Of a stretch of 64,000 nt of DNA, positions 25,340 to 37,108 are shown piece by piece (within the stretch, counting starts at the first letter, position 1; each line of letters starts with the position of its first letter). A program made the position numbers and the translations under genes. The notes beneath the pieces are model-generated. The model ran no database searches. It had not been told where the DNA came from and worked only from the letters and a program-made list of their open reading frames with translations. This DNA comes from Octopus sinensis (taxonomy: Eukaryota). Location: NCBI RefSeq assembly GCF_006345805.1, contig NC_043018.1, positions 10,664,001 through 10,728,000 of the forward strand. The letters are read 5' to 3'.

Positions 25340-26990
25340 TTAGTCATCTTCCACTGAGGAGGGAGCCGGTTTCCAACAAAGATACAAGGCTCCATCTTTG
25401 GGATGTGGTTAATACAGACAAATTCACATTTGGAACTTGAGAAAAGTCTTACATATTTTTACTGTTCCACTCACAGATTGTACTTGTAATGTACGAATTA
25501 GCAGGTCGGTTTCTCTTTCTGAAAATCTCGGTTTATCCAGATTCTCCTTTAAGCATTTACTAACAAAACCTACTGCACCGATTATCATTGGTATGAATAT
25601 GAATTCATAGTCCAGATATAGAAGGTAGAGGTTTCGAAGTAGTTGTCCATAGATATCCTCTTTTCCTTTGACCTTCAAAGAGATATTTATATCTGCTGGG
25701 CAGCTGACCTCTCTGATGATCCATACCTTTGCCCCTCTGTCCCAAACAACAATTTCCGACCTGTAATGTTTACATTTGACAGAAGTTTTGATGAGAATAT
25801 TCCACCAGTATCCCTTGAGTTGGTGTTTATAAATGTATTTTATAACAGAGGGATTTTCTCAGTTCATTTCAGGACAGTCTTTTTTTGCGGATGACATAGT
25901 AAATTGTTTTAGCAACAACATGGGGAAATAGTACCGTGACGACATTTTAGGACAGCTGCCAATCACATTCGTGATGCCTTCCACAGAAACATGACATAGC
26001 CTACACGTGTGGCTGTACCTTGGGATTACAAGAGCGTCACTGTCTCTCTTATTCACCAGGTACCTTTGTGGCAATCTCCCGTTCCTGGATTGCAAACGCA
26101 TAACCTTCAAAATGTGATGCGATGTAGTGGTCTTATGTCCAAGAGAGGCTGTATGTCAGTTCTTCTGTTTTCTTCCAGCTTCCGGGCAACATACCCATGC
26201 ATAGTCTTTATTCTTTTTTTATATGCTGAGTGCTTTCCATCCAGGTCTTCTCTGAGGAAGACACGGACGGCGAGCTGGCAGAAACGTTAGCACGCCGGGT
26301 GAAATGCTTCGTGGTATTTCGTCTGCCGTTACGTTCTGAGTTCAAATTCCGCCGAGGTCGACTTTTCCTTTCATCCTTTCGGGGTCGATAAATTAAGTAC
26401 CAGTTACGCACTGGGGTCGATATAATCGACTTAATCCCTTTGTCTGTCCTTGTTTGTCCCCTCTGTGTGTAGCCCCGTATTTCGTCTGTTTTTACGTTCT
26501 GAGTTCAAATTCCGCCGAGGTCGACTTTGCCTTTCATCCTTTCGGTGTCGATTAAATAAGTACCAGTTACGCACTGGGGTTGATGTAATCGACTTAATCC
26601 CTTTGTCTGTCCTTGTTTGTCCCTACTATGTTTAGCCCCTTGTGGGCAATAAAGTACTAAGAAAACCTACGACACGGGCAATAGTCAATGATGTAGACTA
26701 GTTGTCTACATCAGCTGTTTTGGGGCTGTATAGATCATCAAGAAGAGAGTGTTTCTTGAGGAGTTCACTGCCAACCCGTACAATGTTGCTCACATCACTT
26801 TTCAGCCCTGCATTTATATAATTATTTTTGCTGCTGTTGTTTAGCAGGTGCTACCTGAGTGATACCATACGACACTCAAAGGCCGTCTGCACTCATCTCA
26901 GGTCCCTACTATCTTCATTTCTTCGTAGGTAGAACCTGTCAACATTACTGTTTCTGTGGAAGTTTCCAGTTGTTGTCAGGATTTTGCGGG
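25340..26990 (-). mobile_element. RLE-type (R4/NeSL/Hero-like) LINE 3' remnant, interrupted by a SINE dimer at ~26260-26700
   Basis: Degenerate frames: NVDRFYLRRNE (post-RT), CRLCHVSVEGITNVIGSC (CCHC-like), RSEIVVWDR...IIREVSCP...KGKEDIY (PD-D/ExK endonuclease), GAVGFV, and GTVKICKTFL*. The 3' end abuts (TATG)n. Confidence 0.75.
26264..26657 (+). mobile_element. SINE family B dimer (paralogous to 24187)
   Basis: Same dimer junction (gtatttcgtctgtttttac) and same downstream flank as the 24187 copy. Confidence 0.9.
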
Positions 26991-27032
26991 TTTTGATATC
27001 TGTGGAGTGGATTTCCTCTATAGACCAATCAC

Positions 27033-27063
<31 letters not shown>

Positions 27064-27284
27064 TGTATGTATGTATGTATGTATGTATGTATGTATGTAT
27101 GTATGTATGTATGTATGTATGTATGTATGTATGTATGTATGTATGTATGTATGTATGTGTGTGTGTATGTTTGTATTACGTATGTATAGGTGCCTATGTA
27201 TTTATATATATATTGTCTATGTATGTGCATGTCTGTCTTCTGTATGTATGTATGCATGTATGTAACTGCGTGCATGTGCCAATA

Positions 27285-27315
<31 letters not shown>

Positions 27316-27433
27316 GTGCATGTACATATATATGTGTGTGTTTGAGAGTCAGTGAGTGTGCGCGCGTACGTTTTTCTGTCACTATGTGCGCATATATATA
27401 CATATACATACATACATATACATACATAAATAT

Positions 27434-27508
<75 letters not shown>

Positions 27509-27879
27509 CATATACATACATAAATATATACATACATACATATATATATATATATAATATATATATATATATCTATATATATATATATATAATATATATA
27601 TAATATATATAATATATATTATATATATATATATAAGAAATGAATGGATGTATTTCCACGCAGGAGAAATTATAGGAGAATTTATCGTTTAAAATGCACC
27701 TGAATTTGAAAAACTTGCAATTGTATTTAAATTAATCTATTTGCATAAATACCTACTTAACTTTGAAACTAGTTTAGTATGTATGTGAATAAATTTACTT
27801 AAAGACAATTATGTTTTTCAAATTCAGGTGCATTTTCAGCAACTATGCATATATACGTGTGTGTGTGTGTGTGTGTATG

Positions 27880-27920
<41 letters not shown>

Positions 27921-27989
27921 TGTGTGTGGGGGGGGGGGTGAGTGGATGTGGGTGTACGCGTGTATATGCGTGTTTCAGATGGGATCGTT

Positions 27990-28135
27990 TCGCGTGTTGC
28001 CGGTACCGCGTAACCCAATACGATTTGTTACATGGTCAGATCGTTGTCAATAACTAAACCGTGAACCTCACTCGCTCCACTACCGGGCTTGGCTGGTGAG
28101 GCGGGGTCGCTAGAGCAACCTAGCAACGCGAAAAC
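27990..28135. promoter_or_regulatory. CpG-rich promoter-like patch with GC-box and tandem RFX X-box-like sites
   Basis: gaggcgggg (28098-28106), gtcgctagagcaac (28106-28119) and ctagcaac (28120-28127) in a non-repeat CpG-rich island. Confidence 0.35.
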
Positions 28136-28431
28136 AAACAAAAAATAAAACTGTTAAACATACGGATGAATCCAGAATAAGGTCAATAGCTATTTGGCAA
28201 TATTGCACGGGTAGATAGGACATACCCGCGACGGTGAACGAGTATATTGAGGGACCAATTTAAGACTGATAAACCCTACCTTAGATCTTGTTAGAGCATC
28301 TATTAAAGGGAGGGGTATATTAGGGGCCCCTCAGCTGTGATGAGGACTGCTCCACGGAGTTGTTGCGTGCATTAATTTATAGACATTATATTGGTCTTAG
28401 ATATATATTTCTTCAAGTGTATATACTTGTT

Positions 28432-28653
28432 CCAGTCATTTGATTGTGGCCATGCTGGAGCACCGCCTTTAGTCGAGCAAATCGACTCCAGGACTTATTC
28501 TTTGTAAGCCTAGTACTTATTCTATCGGTCTCTTTTGCCGAACCGCTAAGTTACGGGGACGTAAACACACTAGCATCGGTTGTCAAGCGATGTTGAGGGG
28601 ATCAACACGGACAGACATATACACGTACACACACACACACACACACACACATG

Positions 28654-28703
<50 letters not shown>

Positions 28704-28866
28704 TATATACGACGGGCTTCTTTCAGTTTCCGCCTATCAAATCCACTCACAAGGCTTTGGTCAGCCCGAGGCTATAGTAGAAGACACTTGCCCAAGGTGC
28801 CACGCAGTGGGACTGAACCCGGAACCATGTGGTTGGTAAGCAAGCTACTTACCACACGGCCACTCC
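28432..28866 (-). mobile_element. SINE family A, near full length
   Basis: Reverse-complement match to head, core and tail. Confidence 0.9.
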
Positions 28867-28937
28867 TTCACATTGTCATATATAGATACTCTGTATGTAT
28901 GTATGTATGTATGTATGTATATATGTATGTATGCATG

Positions 28938-29008
<71 letters not shown>

Positions 29009-29206
29009 AGGAAGAATTCACAAAAAAACATAGCAAAAGACGAAGACAGGTGGTGTAAACAACAAACAGATGTATTAGTTTAACGCTCGGTAAGTGAAAA
29101 GTCTTTTACGTTTCGAGCCTACGCTCTTCTACAGAAAGGAACACAGAAAGAAACAAGGAGAGAAAATAAGAATCTGTAGTGGCTAGCGATCTATCATGGC
29201 GAATAT

Positions 29207-29265
<59 letters not shown>

Positions 29266-29357
29266 GTTGAAATTTACAGTAAAACAAATGAAGAAGACAG
29301 GTGTATAAACAACAAGCAGGTTGGGTCATATATATATATATATATACACACACACCA

Positions 29358-30615
29358 CACACCACATGCAGGAAGTAAATAGACACCTTTATTTTCAAAA
29401 TCTTTTATTTAATACACAAAGCAAACAATTGAAAGGTAATCGATAGGTAGGACTCAATACTTTAGTATTTAGGTGACATTCCTTTGTGGTTTTTAATTCA
29501 GAAACTCTTTTTGGCATTGAACTGATGAGCTTTGTGATTGTCTCTAGTGGAATTTCTGCCCACTTTTCACGCAACAATCGAAACAATTCATATTTAGATT
29601 TAGGTTTCTGTCGAGTTTTTCATATAGCTCTATCTAGTATGCTCCAAAGATTTTCAATTGGGTTCATCTCAGGAGATTGGCTCGGCCAAGGAAGCTTTTT
29701 GATCCCATTTTCAGTCAGCCATTGTTGATTCCTTTTTGCTGTGTGGCATGGAGCCCCAACTTCCATGAATAAACACTCATTTTCCATTATGTTATCGTGT
29801 GAATACATCAGAAGTAGTCCTTTCTTAAGTGTTTCGATGTATTTTTCAGAGTTTATGGTTCCAACACATTCGATCAGCTCAGAACGACCATTGCTGGTGA
29901 CAGCTCCCCATACCATTACAGAGATACTGCCATGTTTCACAGTTGGTTGGGGTCGTTTCAAATCAAATTCTTGATTGGGAAGCCTCCAGACCCAAACACG
30001 TCCACTGGCTGAAAATAATGCAAATCTGGATTCATCCGAGAAAATCACTCTATCCCCCAAATGAACTGGATTCTTCTGACATCTCCTTAGCCCATTTCTT
30101 TCTTTTCATAATATTAATTCGTTGAAGGAGAGGTTTTCTTCTAGTTGCTTGTCCATAATACCCAAGCTTACGCTTGGACTAACTTCTAGATGTTTTGCAA
30201 TGTCAGAAGTCTTTGAATGGGGTTCGTTTTCCACAATTCGCTTCAAACAGTGAAGCTTCCTTTCCAAGGGCTCAGGTCGGCCAGGACGAGAATCTGTTGA
30301 TTCTTTTCCTTGACTTTTGAAATTCACTATAATTCTATTAACAGTAGCAAGAGGAATTTAAAGATTTTCGGTAATTTTTCGCTGGGTAAGACCAGCCTCG
30401 GACAGCCCCAAAATACGACCTCTTTGAAAATCTGACCGTTCTGCTGAATATTTTATGCGTGGAATGGTTACTCTTCACAAATGTTTAATATAATGGCACC
30501 TGGAATGAAAAAGAATAATTACATTGTAAATTCTACACCGCTGAAAACATAATAAGACGCTTAGATCAGAAATTTCGACAATTAAAGGTGTCTATTTACT
30601 TCCTGCATGTCTGTG
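29358..30615 (-). mobile_element. Near full-length Tc1 DNA transposon, transposase pseudogene
   Basis: TIRs catgcaggaagtaaatagacaccttt / aaaggtgtctatttacttcctgcatg. Frames give VIFSDESRF, VWGAVTSNG, GAPCH and WPSQSPEMNPIENLW (DD34E-type). Confidence 0.92.
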
Positions 30616-30677
30616 TATATATTAGAGAAAAATCAAAACCAAGGCAGAACGCATCTCCCAAGTCATTTAAAATAATT

Positions 30678-30753
30678 TACTTACAGCCGTTTCTGGAATA
30701 ACCCAAGTGGGTGATTAGCATGTCCGTGCACTGGGTATTCCGTCGTCAGAGAC
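30678..30753 (-). ncRNA. Type-I hammerhead ribozyme motif (inverted partner of 30980)
   Basis: gtct-CTGACGA-cggaatacccag...ttgggttattcca-GAAAC-ggct-GTA-agta. Confidence 0.65.
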
Positions 30754-30979
30754 AAGGTACTATCTGGATTTACTTGGGATTTTAACTAAAACCTGTACCT
30801 TCATGGAAGTACCGACCAACATCCATATCCTCTGGAAAAAGATGAGTTGTGAACATCATTCTCCTGCCTGTATTCTTCTGACTACCTTTGCTCTTTATTC
30901 TTCTATTTTATTCTTTATAAACTGTGAATTTTATCCCTTGTAAACTATAAATTTTTCCCGTCTAAAATAATCATACCTT

Positions 30980-31055
30980 GTCTCTGATGACGAAATACCC
31001 AGTACACGGACATAGTAACCAACCACTTGGGTTATCCCAGAAACGGCTGTAAGAC
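30980..31055 (+). ncRNA. Type-I hammerhead ribozyme motif
   Basis: gtct-CTGATGA-cgaaatacccag...ttgggttatccca-GAAAC-ggct-GTA-agac; stem I gtct/agac; stem II imperfect near the core; predicted cleavage after 31051. Confidence 0.7.
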
Positions 31056-31282
31056 TTCAAATTCACCTTACCCTAATTAAATTATTCTAAATCACCTGAG
31101 ATGCTCATTCTGCTTTGGTTTTGATTTTTCCTCTAATATAATATATACCTGCTATAAGGGAACCCTAATACGGATCCCTAGATTCAGCCTTAGCTGGGAT
31201 CTTGGAACCTAATCGATCAACTATAGCACTTACCCAGCGTACCTATCCGTTTAGATAAAAAGTGAACTAAACCCCTCATATT

Positions 31283-31338
<56 letters not shown>

Positions 31339-31834
31339 TATACACATTATATATACATAATGAGTGTATATGTATGTGTGTGTTTGTGTGTTTATGTAAT
31401 ATACACACACACACATACATAATGTGTGTGTATATGCATGTTTGTGAATGTGTTTGTGTGTTTGTGTATTTATGTATATATCCTACACCCCGCCCACTTA
31501 TATTACCCTCGCCATATTTCTCTCTCTACTCCCTTCCTAGAAAAGTATTTCCCATCTTCACAAAACACCTAAAAACTACTTATAAACAACTCGACCCACG
31601 CACGCACACACATAAACATTCACACACACATACTCACACACACACACACACTTTCTCTCATCACTTACCTCCCTCCCCGACTCATCCACACTCACACTCT
31701 TACATTACCACTCTTCTATTCTTTCCCTCATACTCACACTCTTTCTTCCTCCACCTCACATTCTTACATTCCTCCAGACATTCTCGTCCCCCACCTCCAC
31801 CTTTTTTCTCAAAAACGGAGCCACCTATTTGTTG

Positions 31835-32670
31835 CACTGCCTCCAAAATATGTTACGTCGCCGCCAGATGTATTACGTGGACTCCAGATGTGTTATGTAA
31901 TCTCCAGATATATTTTCTGACTTCTAACTATATTATCTAGTCTCTAGGTATGTTACCTATTTCTTTATTACCCACAAGGGGACAAACAAGGACAGACATG
32001 GGTATTAAGTCGATTATATCGACCCCAGTGCGTAACTGGTACTTAATTTATCGACCCCGAAAGGATGAAAGGCAAAGTCGACCTCGGCGGAATTTGAACT
32101 CACAACGTAACGCAGACGAAATACCGCTAAGCATTTCGCCCGGCGTGCTAACGGTTCTGCCAGCTCGCCGCCTGTTACCGTATGTTACCTACACTCTGGA
32201 TAAGTTACCTAGACACAAGGTGAGTTATCAGTCGTCCAGATGTATCCTGTGAGCTTCCTGTTGTTGCCTTTCACACTTCCGGTGTGTTATAACGATCCTA
32301 CAGATATAAAAATTTCCTCCAGATCTTTAATGGGAACATCGTGTATTTCGTTACTTCTAAACGTGTTCTACAGAGACTACAGATGTGTTATTTTCTTGTG
32401 TTCTGTTATCACTACGCATGTTTTCTGGATTTCAGATATGTTATATAAATCACAGGTGTGTTCTACTCAGACCATGTGTCTTGTCAACACTTCAGGTGTG
32501 TAATATAAATCCAAGATATGTTCTATCAAGACAGGTGTGTTATTTCGAGCCTAGGTGTGTTGTTTAAAGCTCATGTGTATTCTACCAACACCACGTGTGT
32601 CATTAGACACCAGGTGTGCTTTCTCACCATCATGTGGATTATTTAGATACCAGGTGTGTAAAACTAGATT
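31835..32670. repeat. Degenerate ~20-bp minisatellite (core cag(g/a)tgtgtt)
   Basis: Recurrent ccagatgtgtt / caggtgtgtt every ~19-22 bp with variable spacers. Confidence 0.75.
31960..32172 (-). mobile_element. SINE family B inserted in a minisatellite
   Basis: Full-length reverse-complement copy; gtatgttaccta repeated on both sides. Confidence 0.9.
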
Positions 32671-32745
32671 TTACTGCTGTCTCGGAATATATTAACCATA
32701 AACCTCAGCTGTTTACTGCATTTCTTGTTAATATTTGCTTCAGCT

Positions 32746-33340
32746 AAGTCGGCGAGCTGGCAGAATCGTTAGCACATCGGGCGAAATGCGTAGCCGTATT
32801 TCGTCTACCGTTACGTTCTGAGTTCAAATTCCGCCGAGGTCGACTTTGCCTTTCATCCTTTCGGGGTCGATAAATTAAGTACCAGTTACGCACTGGGGTC
32901 GATGTAATCGACTTAATCCGTTTGTCTGTCCTTGTTTGTCCCCTCTGTGTTTAGCCCCTTGTGGGTAGTAAAGAAATAAGAATCGTTAGCACGCCGGGCA
33001 AATGCCTGACGGCGTTTCATCTGTCCTTAATTCTACGTTCAAATTCCGCCGAGGTCGACTCTGCCTTTCATTCTTTCGGGGTTGATAAAATAAGTACCAG
33101 CTGAGCTCTGGGGTCGGTGTAATCGAATTAATCCCTCCCCCCGGTCTGGTACAAAAATCTGAAATCAATATTTACCGCAGCTAAGACGGTCAGCCGGCAG
33201 AATCGTTAACACGCTGGGCAAAATGCTTGTTGATATTTCGTCCCTCTTTATGTTCTGAGTTCAAATTCTGCCAAGGTCGACTTTGTAATCGACTAGCTTC
33301 CTGCCCTGAAATTGCTGGTCTTGTGCCAAAATTTAGAAGT
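32746..33340 (+). mobile_element. Stack of three SINE family B/related copies
   Basis: Three successive heads and cores; atattt...cagct repeated at ~32731, ~33169 and ~33342. Confidence 0.85.
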
Positions 33341-33354
33341 TATATTTACCGCAG

Positions 33355-33461
33355 CTCCCGAAGATATTGATCAATTCTTGAAGGATAATTTCAAGAGTCT
33401 TCGAGGAAATTCACAGCAGAGAGGGCGGCCTTGTAGATACTCTTTCAGAATACTCCCTGCT
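33355..33461 (+). CDS. Candidate internal exon of an unidentified gene
   Basis: atatttaccgcag|CT CCC GAA...CCT GCT|gtaagt, 107 nt. The single open phase gives PEDIDQFLKDNFKSLRGNSQQRGRPCRYSFRILPA. No family recognised. Confidence 0.35.
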
Positions 33462-34002
33462 GTAAGTAGGGGCGGTTCTACCTAATTGATGAATATCTCG
33501 TTAGTTTGTCATACGGAATTCAATTTCTACCCAAAAGAGAGAATATATTACGTTAACCTGGCATCCTATCCCGGAGAGATTCGTCTCTCATCCACTTAAT
33601 ATCATGCAAATCGCAAATACACATAATTCCGCTGGATTATAGAGAAAGTAGATGGAAACTAAAAGAAGCTTGTCATGTGTGTGTGTGTGTGTGTGTGTTT
33701 GTTCTCCACCACTGCTTGACAAACGGTTTTCGTGTGTTTACGTAGCCGTAACTTAGTGGTTCGGCAAAAGGACCGATAAAATAGGTCAGACTTAAAAACA
33801 AATAAGTACTGGAGTCGATTTCATCGTCTAAAATTCTTCAGGGCAGTGCCCCAGCATGGCCACAGATTTAATGACTGAAAGGACTAAAAGGTAGAAGATA
33901 GTACCGTAGTTGTACTTTACCACATTCCTTGTTATATTTTACCATAATCCTTGATCAGTGGCCTACTGTCGCCCTCTAGGTTAACGATATACACCACTCT
34001 TA

Positions 34003-34228
34003 GGCGGTGAGCTGGCAGAAACGTTAGCACGCCGGGCGAAATGCTTTGTGGTATTTCGTCTGTCGTTACGTTCTGAGTTCAAATTCCGCCGAGGTCGACT
34101 TTCATCCTTTCGGGGTCGATTAAATAAGTACCAGTTACGCACTGGGGTCGATGTAATCGACTTAATCCGTTTGTCTGTCCTTGTTTGTCCCCTCTGTGTT
34201 TAGCCCCTTGTGGGTAGTAAAGAAATAG
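34003..34228 (+). mobile_element. SINE family B, full length
   Basis: Head to tail, with taccaccactct-like flanking duplication. Further copies at 1-70(+), 229-390(+), 50700-50928(-) and 59078-59232(-). Confidence 0.9.
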
Positions 34229-34279
34229 ATATACTCGTACACCACTCTTACTTTATTCGTAGCATACCACCGACTAAAG

Positions 34280-35077
34280 CAGGGATTCTCAACCATTTTT
34301 TTATCTTTGAACTCCTTTGATTACTATTATATTCAGGTGGACCCTATTCGATGTTTGAAATCTAGTTTTAAAGAAACTTCGTTCAAAATTCCTGTCTTGT
34401 TTTTCACACATTAACTTGCACAGGTTGAACTATGTAAAATGTTAGAAAAAGAAACCCAGCTGTTTCTTGCAGCAATACATACCAATACATCTAAAGCAGG
34501 GGTTCTCAAACATTTTTTTTATCTATGGACCCCTTTGATTACTATTTTATTCTGGTAGACATCCACAGCAAGTCGCTGTTTAAAAACTAGTTTTATATAA
34601 ATATCTTTCAAAATCCCTAATTTGTTTTTCACACATTAATTTGTGTAGATTGAATTACGTAAAATATTAGAGAAAGAAACCTAACTGTTTCTTGCAGTAA
34701 TACATACCAAAACATCTAAAGCAAGGGTTCTCAACCATTTTTTTTTATCTATGGACCCCTTTGATTACTATTTTATGCTGGCGGACCCCTATAACCATTC
34801 TTTGTTTAAAATCTAGTTTTATAGAAACTTCGTTCAAAATCCCTATTTCGTTTTTCACACATTAAACTTGTGTTGGCTGAATTATGTAAAATGTCAGAAA
34901 AAGAAACTGAGCTGTTTCTCTCAATGCCTATCAATTCATACAACCAAAGCAAAAAATATTTTCAGGGGTCCTTAAAATACTATTGTAGATCCCCAATGTA
35001 CTGTTTTGTTACGTGGACTCCGCCAAAACATTAAATGGACCCTCAAGGGTCATAAGGACCCCAGTTGAGAACCATTG
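34280..35077 (+). mobile_element. hAT/Charlie-like non-autonomous element with three tandem 5' modules
   Basis: cagggxttctcaa starts at 34280, 34497 and 34722. There is a single 3' end ttgagaaccattg. Flanks gactaaag/gacgagag match 6/8. Confidence 0.75.
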
Positions 35078-35212
35078 GACGAGAGCAAACACTCGTATAT
35101 AAGGTGGTCGCCGTGTTCGGTCTACACACTACGCATACCTCGCGATACGTAACTGTCTTTTGATGCAGCCATATTTCACTGTTGTATTTACGCTACTTAT
35201 ATTTACTACGTG

Positions 35213-35501
35213 TGGAGGCGCAATGGCCCAGTGGTTAGGGCAGCGGATTCGCGGTTTCGATTTCCAGACCGGGCGTTGTGAGTGTTTATTGAGCAAAAAC
35301 ACCTAAAGCTCCACGAGGCTCCGACAGGGGATGGTGGTGATCCCTGCTGTACTCTTTCGCCACAACTTTCTCTCACTCTTTCTTCTGTTGGCCTGCTCGC
35401 TTAGCCAGCGGGGTGGCGTCATTTGAAGGCTTAAACAATGCGAAGCGCATTGTGACCAGCAATGTGTAGCAACATCTGATTGCCTGGTCGGTCACGGTGA
35501 T
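35213..35501 (+). mobile_element. tRNA-derived SINE of a third family
   Basis: ggaggcgcaatggcccagtggttagg A-box and ggtttcgatttcc B-box-like; distinct body and tail ggtcggtcacggtgata. Confidence 0.75.
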
Positions 35502-35824
35502 ATTTACTACGTACCCCGGTGAAGTCATCTCTATTCTTTCTAATTTGGCACGCGGGCCATCAATTTGAGAGGTGGGGGTCTCGTGGATTTCATCGACCCT
35601 TCTTCTTCACTGGTGCTGGTTTCATCGATCCAGAAGAATGAAAAATAAAGTTGACCCGAGTGGGACTTGAGCGAGAACATCAAGAGCCAGAAGAAATGCC
35701 GCTAAGCATTTTGTTCGACGCGCTTACCATTCTGCTAGCTCGCTGTCTTGGTATAGTCATGTGAATTGCCACAATCCTTGTTACAACCATAGTTTACCAT
35801 AATCCTTTTCGTTTATCCGTTCCT

Positions 35825-36212
35825 TGTTTCAGTCATTAGACAGCGCCCGAGCTGGAGCACCGCTTTGTAGGTTCTTTAGTCGAATGAATCAACCCCTGTA
35901 CTTTCTCTCTTTTTTAGGCCTAGTACTTTTTCTCTCGCTGTCTTTTGCCGAACCGCTAAGTTACGGGAACGTAAACACACCAACACCGGTTGTCCAGCGG
36001 TAGTGGTGGACAAACACAGACTCAAAGATGCGCGCGCGCACTGTGTGTGTGTGTTTATACGACGGGGTTCTTCGGTTAAATCCGCTCGCAAGGCTTTGGT
36101 CGGCCTGAGGCTGTAGCAGAAGACACTTGCCCGAGGTGCCATGCAGTGGGACTGAACCCAGAACCATATGGTTGGGAAGCAAGCTTCTTACCACACAGCC
36201 ACGCCTGCGCCT
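35825..36212 (-). mobile_element. SINE family A
   Basis: Reverse-complement match; ends gcgcaggcgtggctgtgtggtaag on the minus strand. Confidence 0.85.
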
Positions 36213-37077
36213 TAGGGTACATATATTTTACCATATACCTTGTTGTAATCCTTTATATTACCATCTTCCTTGATGCAGTTATATTTTACCACAGTTCTTG
36301 GGAACCGTAATATCTCCTTGTTTAGCTGGAATGTGTCTTTGCCATTTATGTAACTCTGTTTCGATTCCTGGTATGGACTTGCATTCACATACGACAACAA
36401 TGTTCTTTGGCAAAGTGTTTCCACATAATATTCCTTCCGTTTCATTGACATCTGAAGGATGAAAAACAAAGTCGACATCGGCGGGATTTCAGCTTAGGGC
36501 GTAAAGGGCCGGAAGAAATGCTTTTAAGCATTTTGTCCGACGCACCGGCGAACTTTTTGAGGGTTTTGACTGGACGTAAGTGTGTGTGTGTGTGTGTGTG
36601 TTAAGAAAATTTAAGTTTTCTTAACAAAGAGGGAAAAAAGACAAAATAAGTTAAGATTGACTTTTGGCAAAGTCGAATGGTCAACAGTTTTATATATAAA
36701 AAAAAAATATATATATATATATAAAAAACCTTGCCGTCACCGCTGTCGCCACCCCACGAGAATTTAGGTGAAGATTTTTGCCTGATATATTTCGGTTCTG
36801 ATTCACTTTTAACCGAAGGCAACACGAGGAGACTTCGTTATGGAAAGACGAACGAGAGAGAAGGTATATTCATACATGCATACATACATACATATATACA
36901 TTTGTGTGTGTGTGTTTATGTATGAATACACACCCGAAATTTTGTCTTTCATTCCTCGAGTTCCTTTAATAATACGTAACATAATAGTGTTGTAAAAGTA
37001 AGAATTCTGGGAAACTTGCCAAAAAGAAAGAAAGAAAGAAAGAAAAAGGAAAGAAAGAAAGAAAGAAAGAAAAAGGA

Positions 37078-37108
<31 letters not shown>

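Larger units (their letters stand above)
30615..31145. mobile_element. Penelope-like fragment with inverted pseudo-LTR arms
   Basis: ~30615-30760 is a diverged reverse complement of ~30973-31145. Each arm carries a hammerhead and ends in ttttctctaatata. Confidence 0.7.

Noticed and set aside
24719-25440. 200-aa MYVC/HTYI ORFs and the many similar YI/CV ORFs elsewhere
   Set aside because: Translations of (TATG)n, (TA)n and (TG)n microsatellites.
26250-26292. CTGAGGA...GAAACGTT spanning the LINE/SINE junction
   Set aside because: Chance juxtaposition; no stem II.
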